DNA from: Eledone cirrhosa
Lineage: Eukaryota
DNA length: 64,000 nt
Reading direction: 5' to 3'
Assembly: GCA_964016885.1 (NCBI GenBank)
Contig: OZ024759.1
Span: 10,354,001 to 10,418,000 of the forward strand
Shown in pieces: positions 51,227 through 61,901 of the stretch. Positions within the stretch are counted from its first letter, which is position 1. Each line of letters begins with the position of its first letter. The translations under genes were made by a program, and so were the position numbers. The notes beneath the pieces were generated by a model that worked only from the letters and a program-made list of their open reading frames with translations, ran no database searches and was not told the DNA's origin.

Positions 51227-53620
51227 GTGTGGTGTGGTGTGGTGTGGTATGGTGTGGTGTGGTGTGGTATAGTGTAGTGCGGTATGGTGTGGTGTGTAGT
51301 GTGGTGTGGTGTGGTGTGGTGTGGTGGTGTGTGGTGTGGTGTGGTGTGGTGTGGTGTGGTGGTGTGTGGTGTAGTGTGGTGCGGTGGGGTGCGGTGTGGT
51401 GTGGTGTGGTGTGGTGTGTAGTGTAGTGTGGTGTAGTTTGGTATGGTGTGTAGTGTGGTGTGGTGTGGTGGAGTGTAGTGTGGTGGTGTGGTGTGGTGCG
51501 GTATAGTGTAGTGTGGTGTGTGATGTGGTGTAGTGTGGTGGTGTAGTGCGGTGTGGTGTGGTGTGGTGTGGTGTGGTGTGGTGGTGTGTGGTGTAGTGTG
51601 GTGCGGTGTAGTGTGGTGTGGTGGGGTGGGGTGCGGTGTGGTGTGGTGTGGTGTGGTGTGTAGTGTAGTGTGGTGTAGTTTGGTATGGTGTGTAGTGTGG
51701 TGTGGTGGAGTGTAGTGTGGTGGTGTGGTGTGGTGCGGTATAGTGTAGTGTGGTGTGTGATGTGGTGTAGTGTGGTGGTGTAGTGCGGTGTGGTGTGGTG
51801 TGGTGTGGTGTGGTGGTGTGTGGTGTAGTGTGGTGCGGTGTAGTGTAGTGGGGTGGGGTGGGGTGTGGTGTGGTGGTGTGTAGTGTAGTGGTGTAGTTTG
51901 GTATGGTGTCGTGTGGTGTGGTGTGGTGTGGTGTGGTGCGGTGTGGTGTAGTGTGGTGTGTGATGTAGTGTGGTGGTGTGGTGCAGTGCGGTGTGGTGTG
52001 GTGTAGTGCAGTGCAGTGTGGTGTAGTGCAGGGTGGTGTAGTGCAGTGCGGTGTAGTGTAGTGTAGTGCGGTGCAGTGTGGTGTAGTGCAGTGTGGTGTA
52101 GTGCAGTGCGGTGTAGTGTAGTGTAGTGCGGTGCAGTGTGGTGTAGTGCAGTGCGGTGTGGTGTGGTGTAGTGTAGTGCGGTGTGGTGTGTAGTGCAGTG
52201 CGGTGTGGTGTGGTGTAGTGCAGTGTGGTGTAGTGCAGTGCGGTGTGGTGTGGTGTAGTGTAGTGCGGTGCAGTGTGGTGTAGTGCAGTGCGGTGTGGTG
52301 TAGTGTAGTGCGGTGTGGTGTAGTGCAGTGCGGTGTGGTGTGGTGTAGTGTAGTGCAGTGTGGTGTAGTGTAGTGCAGTGTGGTGTAGTGCAGTGCGGTG
52401 TGGTGTGGTGTAGTGCAGTGTGGTGTGGTGTGGTGTGGTGTAGTGCAGTGCGGTGTGGTGTGGTGTAGTGCAGTGTGGTGTGGTGTAGTGTAGTGGTGCG
52501 GTGCAGTGTGGTGTAGTGCAGTGCGGTGTGGTGTAGTGCGGTGTGTAGTGCAGTGCGGTGTGGTGTGGTGTAGTGTAGTGCAGTGCGGTGTGGTGTGGTG
52601 TAGTGCAGTGTGGTGTGGTGTAGTGGTGCGGTGCGGTGTGGTGTGGTGTAGTGTAGTGCGGTGTAGTGTAGTGTGGTGTGGTGTGTAGTGCAGTGCGGTG
52701 TGGTGTAGTGCAGTGTGGTGTAGTGTGGTGTAGTGTAGTGTGGTGTGGTGTGTAGTGCGGTGTGGTGTAGTGTAGTGCAGTGTGGTGTGGTGTAGTGTAG
52801 TGGTGCGGTGCAGTGCGGTGTGGTGTGGTGTAGTGTGGTGCGGTGTAGTGTAGTGCAGTGTGGTGTAGTGCAGTGCGGTGTGGTGTAGTGTAGTGCAGTG
52901 CGGTGTGGTGTAGTGCAGTGTGGTGTGGTGTAGTGCGGTGTGGTGTAGTGTAGTGCAGTGTGGTGTAGTGCAGTGCAGTGCGGTGTGGTGTGGTGTTGCG
53001 GTGCAGTGCAGTGTGGTGTAGTGCAGTGTGGTGCGGTGTGGTGTGGTGTAGTGCAGTGTGGTGTAGTGTAGTGTGGTGTGGTGTGGTGTAGTGTTGCAGT
53101 GCAGTGTGGTGTAGTGTAGTGCAGTGTGGTGCAGTGCAGTGTGGTGCGGTGTGGTGTGGTGTAGTGTAGTGCGGTGTAGTGCAGTGTGGTGTAGTGTAGT
53201 GCAGTGTGGTGCAGTGTGGTGTGGTGTAGTGCAGTGTGGTGCAGTGTGGTGTGGTGTAGTGTAGTGCGGTGTAGTGCAGTGTGGTGTAGTGTAGTGCAGT
53301 GTGGTGCAGTGTGGTGCAGTGCAGTGTGGTGCGGTGTAGTGTAGTGTAGTGCGGTGTAGTGTGGTGTAGTGCAGTGTGGTGTAGTGCAGTATAGTGCAGT
53401 GTGGTGTGGTGTAGTGTAGTGCGGTGTAGTGCAGTGTGGTGTAGTGTAGTGCAGTGTGGTGCAGTGTGGTGCAGTGCAGTGTGGTGCGGTGTGGTGTGGT
53501 GTAGTGTAGTGTGGTGTAGTGTAGTGTGGTGTAGTGCAGTGTGGTGTAGTGCAGTGCGGTGTGGTGTGGTGTGGTGCAGTGTGGTGCAGTGCAGTGTAGT
53601 GCAGTGTGGTGTGGTGTGGT
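51227..53620. repeat. Pentamer satellite (GTGTG/GTGTA/GTGCA/GTGCG)n
   Basis: Seen directly, about 2.4 kb. Confidence 0.95.
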
Positions 53621-56600
53621 CCATGTTTACCTGTCACCTTTATTTAGATGTGATGATACACTCTGGCCCACTTAATGACCAGTTAATGACCAGTAGACTG
53701 ACCTTCAACTTCCGGAGGTGACCATTGAAATGTTACTAATAGAAGCTCTGCCCTGCACTCTAGTGTGTGGCTGTGGCTGTGTAACATCTGTGTGTGTGCG
53801 TCTCTGTCTTCGTGTGTATCTGTGTGTGTCTTTGAGTGTGTGTGTGTGTGTGTGTGTGTGTATTTGTATGTTTGTGTATGTGTCTTTGCCTGTCTCTTTG
53901 TGTGTGTGTGTATTTGTATGTATGTGTGTGTGTGTGTGTGATAGGTAAGTTTTGGGAATATAATTAACCCTCTCTCTCTCTATCTCTTTCCCTATCTCTC
54001 TCCCCCTCTCTCTCCCCCTCTCTCTCCCCCTCCTATTGTTTTCACATAACACCACCTACTTAGAATGCTGCACTAGCTTGACCCCTGTCTTAGTACACAT
54101 GTCCTTGTGTGGTGTATCAAAGGTGCCTTTATAGATGTCTCTCTCCCTCTCTCTCTCTCTGTCACCCTCCCTCCCTCTATGTCACCCTCCCTACCTCTCT
54201 CTTCCTCTCCTCCCCCTCTGTCACTTCTCACCCCCCTCCCCCCTCTCTGCTTCTTTCAATTATCTGTCAGAAGCAATCAGTTACCTAGGCAATAAATATT
54301 TTTATCATCTGGGACTGCCCATGTGTTACCTAGGTAACCAATTATGTAAACACCTTTTACTGTCAATCACCTAGGTAACCAGTTACTTCAACACATGGGA
54401 CTATCAGTTACCAGGGTAACCAGTTACCAAAGTGTAATTTCCTTGGTTTGTTGAAATTGTGGTTCTCCAATTGATTCCATTCCATCGACTATATTGTGGG
54501 CAAGAGGTCATTTTATTTTAACCCTTTAACATTTAAACCAGCCGTATCTGACCAGAACTCTCTCACCTCTTTCTGTTCAAACCAGCTGTAACCGGTTGTT
54601 CATACTGATATTGTTCTCAAAATAAATAAATAACAAAATCTCATAGATTTGATATGTGAGATACTATGTGAGGTAAAACCTTTACTGTGACAATACAATA
54701 GTATATATAGAGTAATGTAAATGTTATGTGAGATATTATGTGAGGTAAAGCCTTTACTGTGACAATACAATAGTATATATAGAGTAATTTAAATGTTATG
54801 TGAGATATTATGTGAGGTAAAGCCTTTACTGTTACAATACAATAGTATATATAGAGTAATTTAAATGTTATGTGAGATATTATGTGAGGTAAAGCCTTTA
54901 CTGTTACAATACAATAGTATATATAGAGTAATTTAAATGTTATGTGAGATATTATGTGAGGTAAAGCCTTTACTGTTACAATACAATAGTATATATAGAG
55001 TAATTTAAATGTTATGTGAGGTAAAGCCTTTACTGTGACAATACAGTAGTATATATAGAGTAATTTAAATGTGATGTGAGATATTATGTGAGGTAAAGCC
55101 TTTACTGTGACAATACAATAGTATATATAGAGTAATTTAAATGTTATGTGAGATATTATGTGAGGTAAAGCCTTTACTGTTACGATACAATAGTATATAT
55201 AGAGTAATGTAAATGTTATGTGAGATATTATGTGAGGTAAAGCCTTTACTGTGACAATACAATAGTATATATAGAGTAATGTAAATGTTATGTGAGATAT
55301 TATGTGAGGTAAAGCCTTTACTGTTACAATACAATAGTATATATAGAGTAATGTGAGATATTATGTGAGGTAAAACCTTTACTGTGACAATACAATAGTA
55401 TATATAGAGTAATGTAAATGTTATGAGATATTATGTGAGGTAAAGCCTTTACCGTGACAATACAATAGTATATATAGAGTAATGTAAATGTTATGTGAGA
55501 TATTATGTAAGGTAAAGCCTTTACTGTGACAATATAATAGTATATATAGAGTAATGTAAATGTTATGTGAGATATTATGTGAGGTAAAGCCTTTACTGTG
55601 AAAATACAATAGTATATATAGAGTAATGTAAATGTTATGTGAGATATTATGTGAGGTAAAACCTTTACTGTGAAAATACAATAGTATATATAGAGTAATG
55701 TAAATGTTATGCGAGATATTATGTGAGGTAAAACCTTTACTGTGAAAATACAATAGTATATATAGAGTAATGTAAATGTTATGTGAGATATTATGTGAGG
55801 TAAAGTCTTTACTGTGACAATACAATAGTATATATAGAGTAATGTAAATGTTATGTGAGATATTATGTGAGGTAAAACCTTTACTGTGAAAATACAATAG
55901 TATATATAGAGTAATGTAAATGTTATGTGAGATATTATGTGAGGTAAAACCTTTACTGTGAAAATACAATAATATATATAGAGTAATGTAAATGTCATGC
56001 GAGATATTATATGAGGTAAAGCCTATACTGTGAAAATACAATAGTATATATAGAGTAATGTAAATGGTATGAGATATTATGTGAGGTAAAGCCTTTACCG
56101 TAACAATACAATAGTATATATAGAGTAATGTAAATGTTATGTGAGATATTATGTGAGGTAAAGCCTTTACTGTGAAAATACAATAGTATATATAGAGTAA
56201 TGTAAATGTTATGTGAGGTAAAACCTTTACTGTGAAAATACAATAGTATATATAGAGTAATGTAAATGTTATGCGAGATATTATGTGAGGTAAAACCTTT
56301 ACTGTGAAAATACAATAGTATATATAGAGTAATGTAAATGTTATGTGAGATATTATGTGAGGTAAAGCCTTTACTGTGACAATACAATAGTATATATAGA
56401 GTAATGTAAATGTTATCTGAGATATTATGTGAGGTAAAACCTTTACTGTGAAAATACAATAGTATATATAGAGTGGTTTCTTTATTTGCCACTAGGGCAC
56501 AAAAGGTAGGGACAGATACAAGGGGGGAAGTTTACATATAATTAACGAGTACAAAAATATAACAATGAAATAACAACAACAAACGAAGTCCTCAATAGGG

Positions 56601-56711
56601 AGGGGGCATTAACATGGGTCGCACACACCCCGGAAAAAATGTGTAACCCTTCTCCTCAGGAGCACAAAGAGTAGGTGCTTCCCTCGTCTCCTCTTTTTCC
56701 TCTTCTTTCAC

Positions 56712-59700
56712 CTACAGGCTGATATAGAGAGAAGACCCATTCACTCTGGCCATTCTCCCTACTTTCACCCACCTTTCATAAAACTTGCTGGGGTAGAGCA
56801 CCTCTCTCTCCATTCTGATCCTTCTTTTAAAATGGTATTTGAAAAAGGGGACCAGTTGTTGGCCGGAGAGAAAGGTGTCTGACCTCAGCCCTTTCAGCCT
56901 CGTCCACCATACAACTTCTTTAGCCATGGCTACCACACAGAGAAAAACCGCCTCTCCTTCGTTTTTGAAAGGGGGAGGCGGTTTGATCGTGACAATGGAC
57001 TCGGTGGTCAACCGGATTGGTCCCACCCTCGACAGTAGTCGTTCCACATAGCCCCACAGGTCATCAATGCCTGGGCAGTGTACGAATGCGTGCGCAACGG
57101 TTTCGTCATCATGCACGCATCTCGGACAGATCTTATTCAAAGGATCTCTACCCAGGCTCCCATGCCTGTGGAGCTTGTCTCGAACGGGTAGAGCCCCTCG
57201 GTAGCACTGCCAAGCCAGGGACTTTTGGAAGTTGTCCATCGGTCCAGGGCCAAACGTCCTACCGAACAGACTGGCCAGTTCATCTTCCTCCATGCCTAGA
57301 GCTTCTCCGAGAGCATCGTCGCACCTGCTGCGTACCAACCCTCTATAGAATGTCGAGGTGGAGTCTCCACTGATTGCCGGGTCCGCTTTCCAGAGGGCCG
57401 TGAGCGCCTGGGCACATTCAATGTGCCAGTCGCCCACTTTTCTCGGTCTTTGCTTGACCCAGGATTGCAGCTCGGTGAGCGAGACGAGTCTGGGAAAGGC
57501 TCGCCTCACAAACGGGGCCCACACCGGTTGACCGGTGAGGAATACCTGGAGGTGCCGTAGCCTTAATGCGTGTTTACGCATCTGTAGCCACGGCATCCCC
57601 AGCCCTCCTTTCGAAGGGTGTTGACAGCAGATGGATCTCCTCACCAATGGGGTCCGCTTGTTCCAAAGAAATTGGAACAGCGCGCACTCCATTTTGGCGA
57701 GTCTTTTCACTGGGCAAGGCACGACGGTCAAGCGGTAGTAGATGACGGATGCTATATAAGTATTCGCCACCTCCGCTCGACCTTTCAGGGATAGTTTGCA
57801 CTGGGCCCACTTCTGGGTGAGTGCAAACACCCTGGCCGTTACCTCGTTCCAGTTTTTCTCCACCTGGAGGTCTGGTCCGAACCAGACCCCAAGCAGCTTC
57901 ACCGGGCCCTCCGTCCAGCGTCCGACGACGTCGTTGGAGGGCATCGGTTTGCCTCTCCATGTTCCGAGTTGCAAACCGACGGACTTGTCCCGGTTCAGCT
58001 TGGCTCCTGTAAACCTTTCATATTCCTCCAGTAAGGTGCCGATCTCACCGATTTGCGAGGTTTTCGACACCATTACTGTCACGTCATCGGCGTAGGCCGA
58101 CGCCGCTTTCTGCAATCCTGGTTCCAAAGGGATGCCCTGCAACCGCTCCAACTTCCGCAGTAGTGGCTCAAGAGCCAGCACATACAGTAGGGAGGAGAGA
58201 GGGCATCCCTGTCGGATGGATCGCATGATTTGGAACGGCTCCGAGAGGTGGCCGTTCACCTTGACCCTTGAGCAGACGTTGCTGCTGTGCATCGCAGCAA
58301 TCCAACCCCTGAAAACGGGTCCGAAGCCTGCCGCCGCGAGCACCGCATCCAGGTAACGATGGTCAACCCTATCGAAAGCTTTAGATTGATCCAAGTTGAT
58401 CAGGGCCCCACCAAAGCCGGGTTCATTCCCTACCCTCTCTATGATGTATCGCATAAGGTGGAGATTGTCGTGAATGGACCTGGACGGGATTGCGCATGTC
58501 TGCGCTTCTCCCACCAGGTTTCCAACGACAAGCGCCAACCTCTTCGCTAACACCTTGGCCAAAATCTTTAACTCTGTATTTAGCAGAGTTATGGGCCTGA
58601 AGTTACTTATGTCATCCCCCTTGTTCTCATCCTTCCTCACCAGCGTAACTACGCCCTTGGTCACAGAACTGGGAATTCTCCCGTTCTGCTGCCAGTTGCA
58701 GTAGACCGCTTCGAGGATATCGGAGAACAAGTCCGGCATCGCTACATATAGCTCGTATGGTAGGCCATCGAGACCCGGGGATTTGCGTTTGCCGCATTGG
58801 CTCAGCGCCGCCCCTATCTCAGCAGCTGAAATCGTCCTTTCGCAGGACTTCGCCTCCGCGTCCGAGAGGCGCGGCAGACCGTCGAGGTATGGATTGAAAT
58901 CCATAGTCTCACCCGGCGCGCCGCCCCTCTCGAACAGTCGTGCAAAGTGCCGCTGAAAGGCCGCACACATCTGCCCAGGTTCAAGGATCACACGCCCATC
59001 CTGGTCCTTCAAAGACCGAATCGTGGACTTGTTCCCACTTTTTGCCTCTGTCACTCGGGCCCAGCTCACAGCTTTGGCTCCCTCATTACCCAGAGCACGT
59101 ATTTTACTCCTGACAACGCAGCCTTCATGCTTCACCTCAAAGAACTGGTCTAAGGCCATTCTTGATGCCAGCACGCCGGCTACATTGCCACTCCTAATCG
59201 CCTCTTCTACTCTATCTACTAATTCCCTTTCCGTCTTGTTCCTATCCCTTGCTAATTCCTGACTAAAACCTATCGATTCTATTCTAATTGCTCTCTTAAG
59301 AGAGCTCCACCACCTGTTGTTGACAATTGCCCCTGTCAAACTCTGCTTAACTAACGTGCTAATCCGTTTACTGTAAGCTTTGCTTCTTGGTAAGGACAAG
59401 TTCAGCTTCCAGTAACCGGGTCCCTGTCTATGGGTTCTATCAAGGTTGGCTATGCAGGTCACTAACTTGTGATCCGAATAGTCAACCATGAACATTTTTG
59501 GACAGCTAAATGTGTCCCTATCGTTCTCTCTAACTAGGACCCTATCTAGGTACGACCTAGATGTTCCACTGCGATTGGTCCACGTCCATAGTGGTACAGT
59601 CGGAAAATCTAGTCGATATCTATCGGCCAGGTCAAATCGGCCGATTAACCTTTTGAGGCTTTTACACCCCCCTCTATTGGCACATGCCCCTACATAGTCC

Positions 59701-60149
59701 CAACGTGCATCCAGGATACCATTCCAGTCCCCCACTAAAAGCAAGGAGCGGGACGTTCCCAGAAAAGTTTCCAGACGTTGGAAGTATTCCGGCCGCGCTG
59801 CCCAAAAAGGGGCGTACACAGCTATTAGTCTAAGGGCTCCACTTTCACTACTGCCGACGTCTAAAACCACCAGTCGACCCTCCGGGTCCAGGTGCACCTT
59901 CTGTATGGCGAGGCCCAGGTGTTTTCGCAGCAGAACGACAACTCCACCCCCACCCCCCGGTTGACAGAGAGATGCGAAGATCTCAAAGTCGTCGAAGAGG
60001 GGCGCCAGTTGGTGCTCGCTGCTGATCCTGGACTCGCAAATAGCCATTACATCCATTCTATGCGACCTGAGATCGTTTAAAAGTTTGCCTTGTTTCCAAG
60101 ACAGTCCCAGGCCACGTACATTCAGACACCCAACTCTTATATCAGCCAT
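56712..60149 (-). CDS. LINE ORF2: APE endonuclease, reverse transcriptase, C-terminal Cys/His motif (1145 aa)
   Basis: CLNVRGL, VYAP, GDWN, LDR, SDH (APE); SPGLDG, FRPITLLN, LDQSKAFDRVDH, QGCPLS, YADD (RT); GGLG; CPRC-x-ETVAHAFVHC. GPGYWKLN and LSLKGRA motifs fit the L1/Tx1 group. Confidence 0.96.
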   Translation of the reverse strand: MADIRVGCLNVRGLGLSWKQGKLLNDLRSHRMDVMAICESRISSEHQLAPLFDDFEIFASLCQPGGGGGVVVLLRKHLGLAIQKVHLDPEGRLVVLDVGSSESGALRLIAVYAPFWAARPEYFQRLETFLGTSRSLLLVGDWNGILDARWDYVGACANRGGCKSLKRLIGRFDLADRYRLDFPTVPLWTWTNRSGTSRSYLDRVLVRENDRDTFSCPKMFMVDYSDHKLVTCIANLDRTHRQGPGYWKLNLSLPRSKAYSKRISTLVKQSLTGAIVNNRWWSSLKRAIRIESIGFSQELARDRNKTERELVDRVEEAIRSGNVAGVLASRMALDQFFEVKHEGCVVRSKIRALGNEGAKAVSWARVTEAKSGNKSTIRSLKDQDGRVILEPGQMCAAFQRHFARLFERGGAPGETMDFNPYLDGLPRLSDAEAKSCERTISAAEIGAALSQCGKRKSPGLDGLPYELYVAMPDLFSDILEAVYCNWQQNGRIPSSVTKGVVTLVRKDENKGDDISNFRPITLLNTELKILAKVLAKRLALVVGNLVGEAQTCAIPSRSIHDNLHLMRYIIERVGNEPGFGGALINLDQSKAFDRVDHRYLDAVLAAAGFGPVFRGWIAAMHSSNVCSRVKVNGHLSEPFQIMRSIRQGCPLSSLLYVLALEPLLRKLERLQGIPLEPGLQKAASAYADDVTVMVSKTSQIGEIGTLLEEYERFTGAKLNRDKSVGLQLGTWRGKPMPSNDVVGRWTEGPVKLLGVWFGPDLQVEKNWNEVTARVFALTQKWAQCKLSLKGRAEVANTYIASVIYYRLTVVPCPVKRLAKMECALFQFLWNKRTPLVRRSICCQHPSKGGLGMPWLQMRKHALRLRHLQVFLTGQPVWAPFVRRAFPRLVSLTELQSWVKQRPRKVGDWHIECAQALTALWKADPAISGDSTSTFYRGLVRSRCDDALGEALGMEEDELASLFGRTFGPGPMDNFQKSLAWQCYRGALPVRDKLHRHGSLGRDPLNKICPRCVHDDETVAHAFVHCPGIDDLWGYVERLLSRVGPIRLTTESIVTIKPPPPFKNEGEAVFLCVVAMAKEVVWWTRLKGLRSDTFLSGQQLVPFFKYHFKRRIRMEREVLYPSKFYERWVKVGRMARVNGSSLYISL

Positions 60150-60170
60150 GTTGGTTAAAAGAGGAAGGAC

Positions 60171-61901
60171 CTACCTGTTCGGCTCCTGAAGAGCAGGTTG
60201 CACAATATCCATGGGCGTATTGGAGGGGTTGTTTGGTGGGGTGTTGTTCTGTGGTGGAGTGGGGGTGTTTGGTGAGGTGTGGGTGGGGAAACGTTTCAAG
60301 AGGACGCGGTTATAGGGTCGAGTACATGTTTTCCCCACGTCCTCAGGAAAGTTCTCTCTTAGTTTTGCATAGGTGTCCATTGGGAGTCTTATCATTTTTA
60401 AATGCGGTTTGTTGGCCGCGCTTGCAAAGAATTGCCCTTCAGTTTCCACCAAAGGGTCTTTGTGTATTGTTTTTACTAGTTCTTTGTTATTTGTGTTAAT
60501 GTATGTATACTGTTTTATTTGTGTTGTGTTTGTTTGTTGTTCTTGTGTGTGCTTACGTTTTGTTGTATGTGTTATGTTTTGGGGTGGGGCGGATTTTGTT
60601 TGTTCTGTTTGTTTTGTTTTTGTTGGTGGTTGTGTGTTTGTTTCGTTTATGTTCGAGTGGTGCTTTCTTTTTTTCCTTTTTACAGGTTGGAAGGGTTCCC
60701 CTTCTTCGTCACTAGGTGCCGTTTCCGCTGGGTCCTCGTCCGTGCTGTCGGGTAGTGGTGTATTTTGGGGTTTTGTTGTATTTGTGTGTGTTTTGGGAGT
60801 TGTTTTGGGTGGGGCCGTGTCTTGTGTTATTTTTCCGTGTTGTTTTTGTTGTTGTTGTGGTGGTGGTGGTGGTGGTGGTGGTGGCGGTGGTGGTGTGTGG
60901 GGTGTAGGCAAAAGAGCCTTTTTTTTTGTCAATTGAGGACAAGCAGCCCTTAGATGACCCCTGCTTGAACAGTAGTAACATATGGGCCTCCTACCCTCGG
61001 CTGAAATATATATAAATGTTTCTCCATCGAGGGACACCCTCTGTGGTATTCTAGCTATTCGTTCTGGTCTCATTTGGACCAGAACCTCCACGCTCAAACC
61101 GCCGAAAACGTCTGTGGTGACTTCTCCTACTGAGAGGATTCCGTCCTCGTCTTCTAAAAATCCTGTTAGTACCCAGGAAATGCATGCATTTGGCCGGATT
61201 CCGGAGACCCTTATCTTCTGCGTTCTTTTCCCTAAATATGTGGGGAAAAATGTATGTAGCTTGGAAACAATTGGTGCCACAGAGTATTTCCTGGCCGTCA
61301 ATTGATCCTTCATTAGGACCGTTATATTCCCATAGAGTGGCCCTTTTTGTATGAACGATATATCACTCCACACATTTTTTAGGACCAGCTCAATCTCTTT
61401 TTGGGATAATTGAGTTGGTTTCCTTGTTATGTTGGAAATTGTTCTGAAAGATATCGTTCTTAGCGTCGTGTCTCTTTTGATTTCTTGTGGGGAGGTGATT
61501 GTGAAGTCTCCTCCTTCTTTGAAAGTTACATACTGTTTCGCTTCCTTCATCTTTTCTCTCAGAGTTGTAATGTCCAGTTGCTTGCAGGTTTGTGTTTTCC
61601 GGACCGCCTGTGCAAAGGAGGCACCAGTAGTGGGTTCGCTTTGTTTGGTGTTATCGTTATTTTTTCCTTGGTTGGTGTTGTGACTATTGCTGTTATTGTC
61701 GTTGTTGTTTTTGTCTGCGTTTATGTGACTTTCTGGGTTTTCACCCATTTTTACAAATTTTTCTTTTAATTCCGTGTTCCATGTTTCTTTTGCAGAAGTG
61801 AGGAGGGAAGACTTAGAGCCTTGTGCTTCTAGCTTCTCTGTATCACCTTTCTTAGGGGGCGTGGCTTTCACGTTAGGATGAGATGTGAAAATTCCGTCCA
61901 T
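60171..61901 (-). CDS. LINE ORF1: gag-like nucleic-acid-binding protein with CCHC zinc knuckle (576 aa from first ATG)
   Basis: CYYCSSRGHLRAAC (Cx2Cx4Hx4C), poly-Pro, KRKKRK basic patch; directly upstream of ORF2. The track start at 61994 is TTG; first ATG is 61901. Confidence 0.9.
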   Translation of the reverse strand: MDGIFTSHPNVKATPPKKGDTEKLEAQGSKSSLLTSAKETWNTELKEKFVKMGENPESHINADKNNNDNNSNSHNTNQGKNNDNTKQSEPTTGASFAQAVRKTQTCKQLDITTLREKMKEAKQYVTFKEGGDFTITSPQEIKRDTTLRTISFRTISNITRKPTQLSQKEIELVLKNVWSDISFIQKGPLYGNITVLMKDQLTARKYSVAPIVSKLHTFFPTYLGKRTQKIRVSGIRPNACISWVLTGFLEDEDGILSVGEVTTDVFGGLSVEVLVQMRPERIARIPQRVSLDGETFIYISAEGRRPICYYCSSRGHLRAACPQLTKKKALLPTPHTPPPPPPPPPPPPQQQQKQHGKITQDTAPPKTTPKTHTNTTKPQNTPLPDSTDEDPAETAPSDEEGEPFQPVKRKKRKHHSNINETNTQPPTKTKQTEQTKSAPPQNITHTTKRKHTQEQQTNTTQIKQYTYINTNNKELVKTIHKDPLVETEGQFFASAANKPHLKMIRLPMDTYAKLRENFPEDVGKTCTRPYNRVLLKRFPTHTSPNTPTPPQNNTPPNNPSNTPMDIVQPALQEPNR

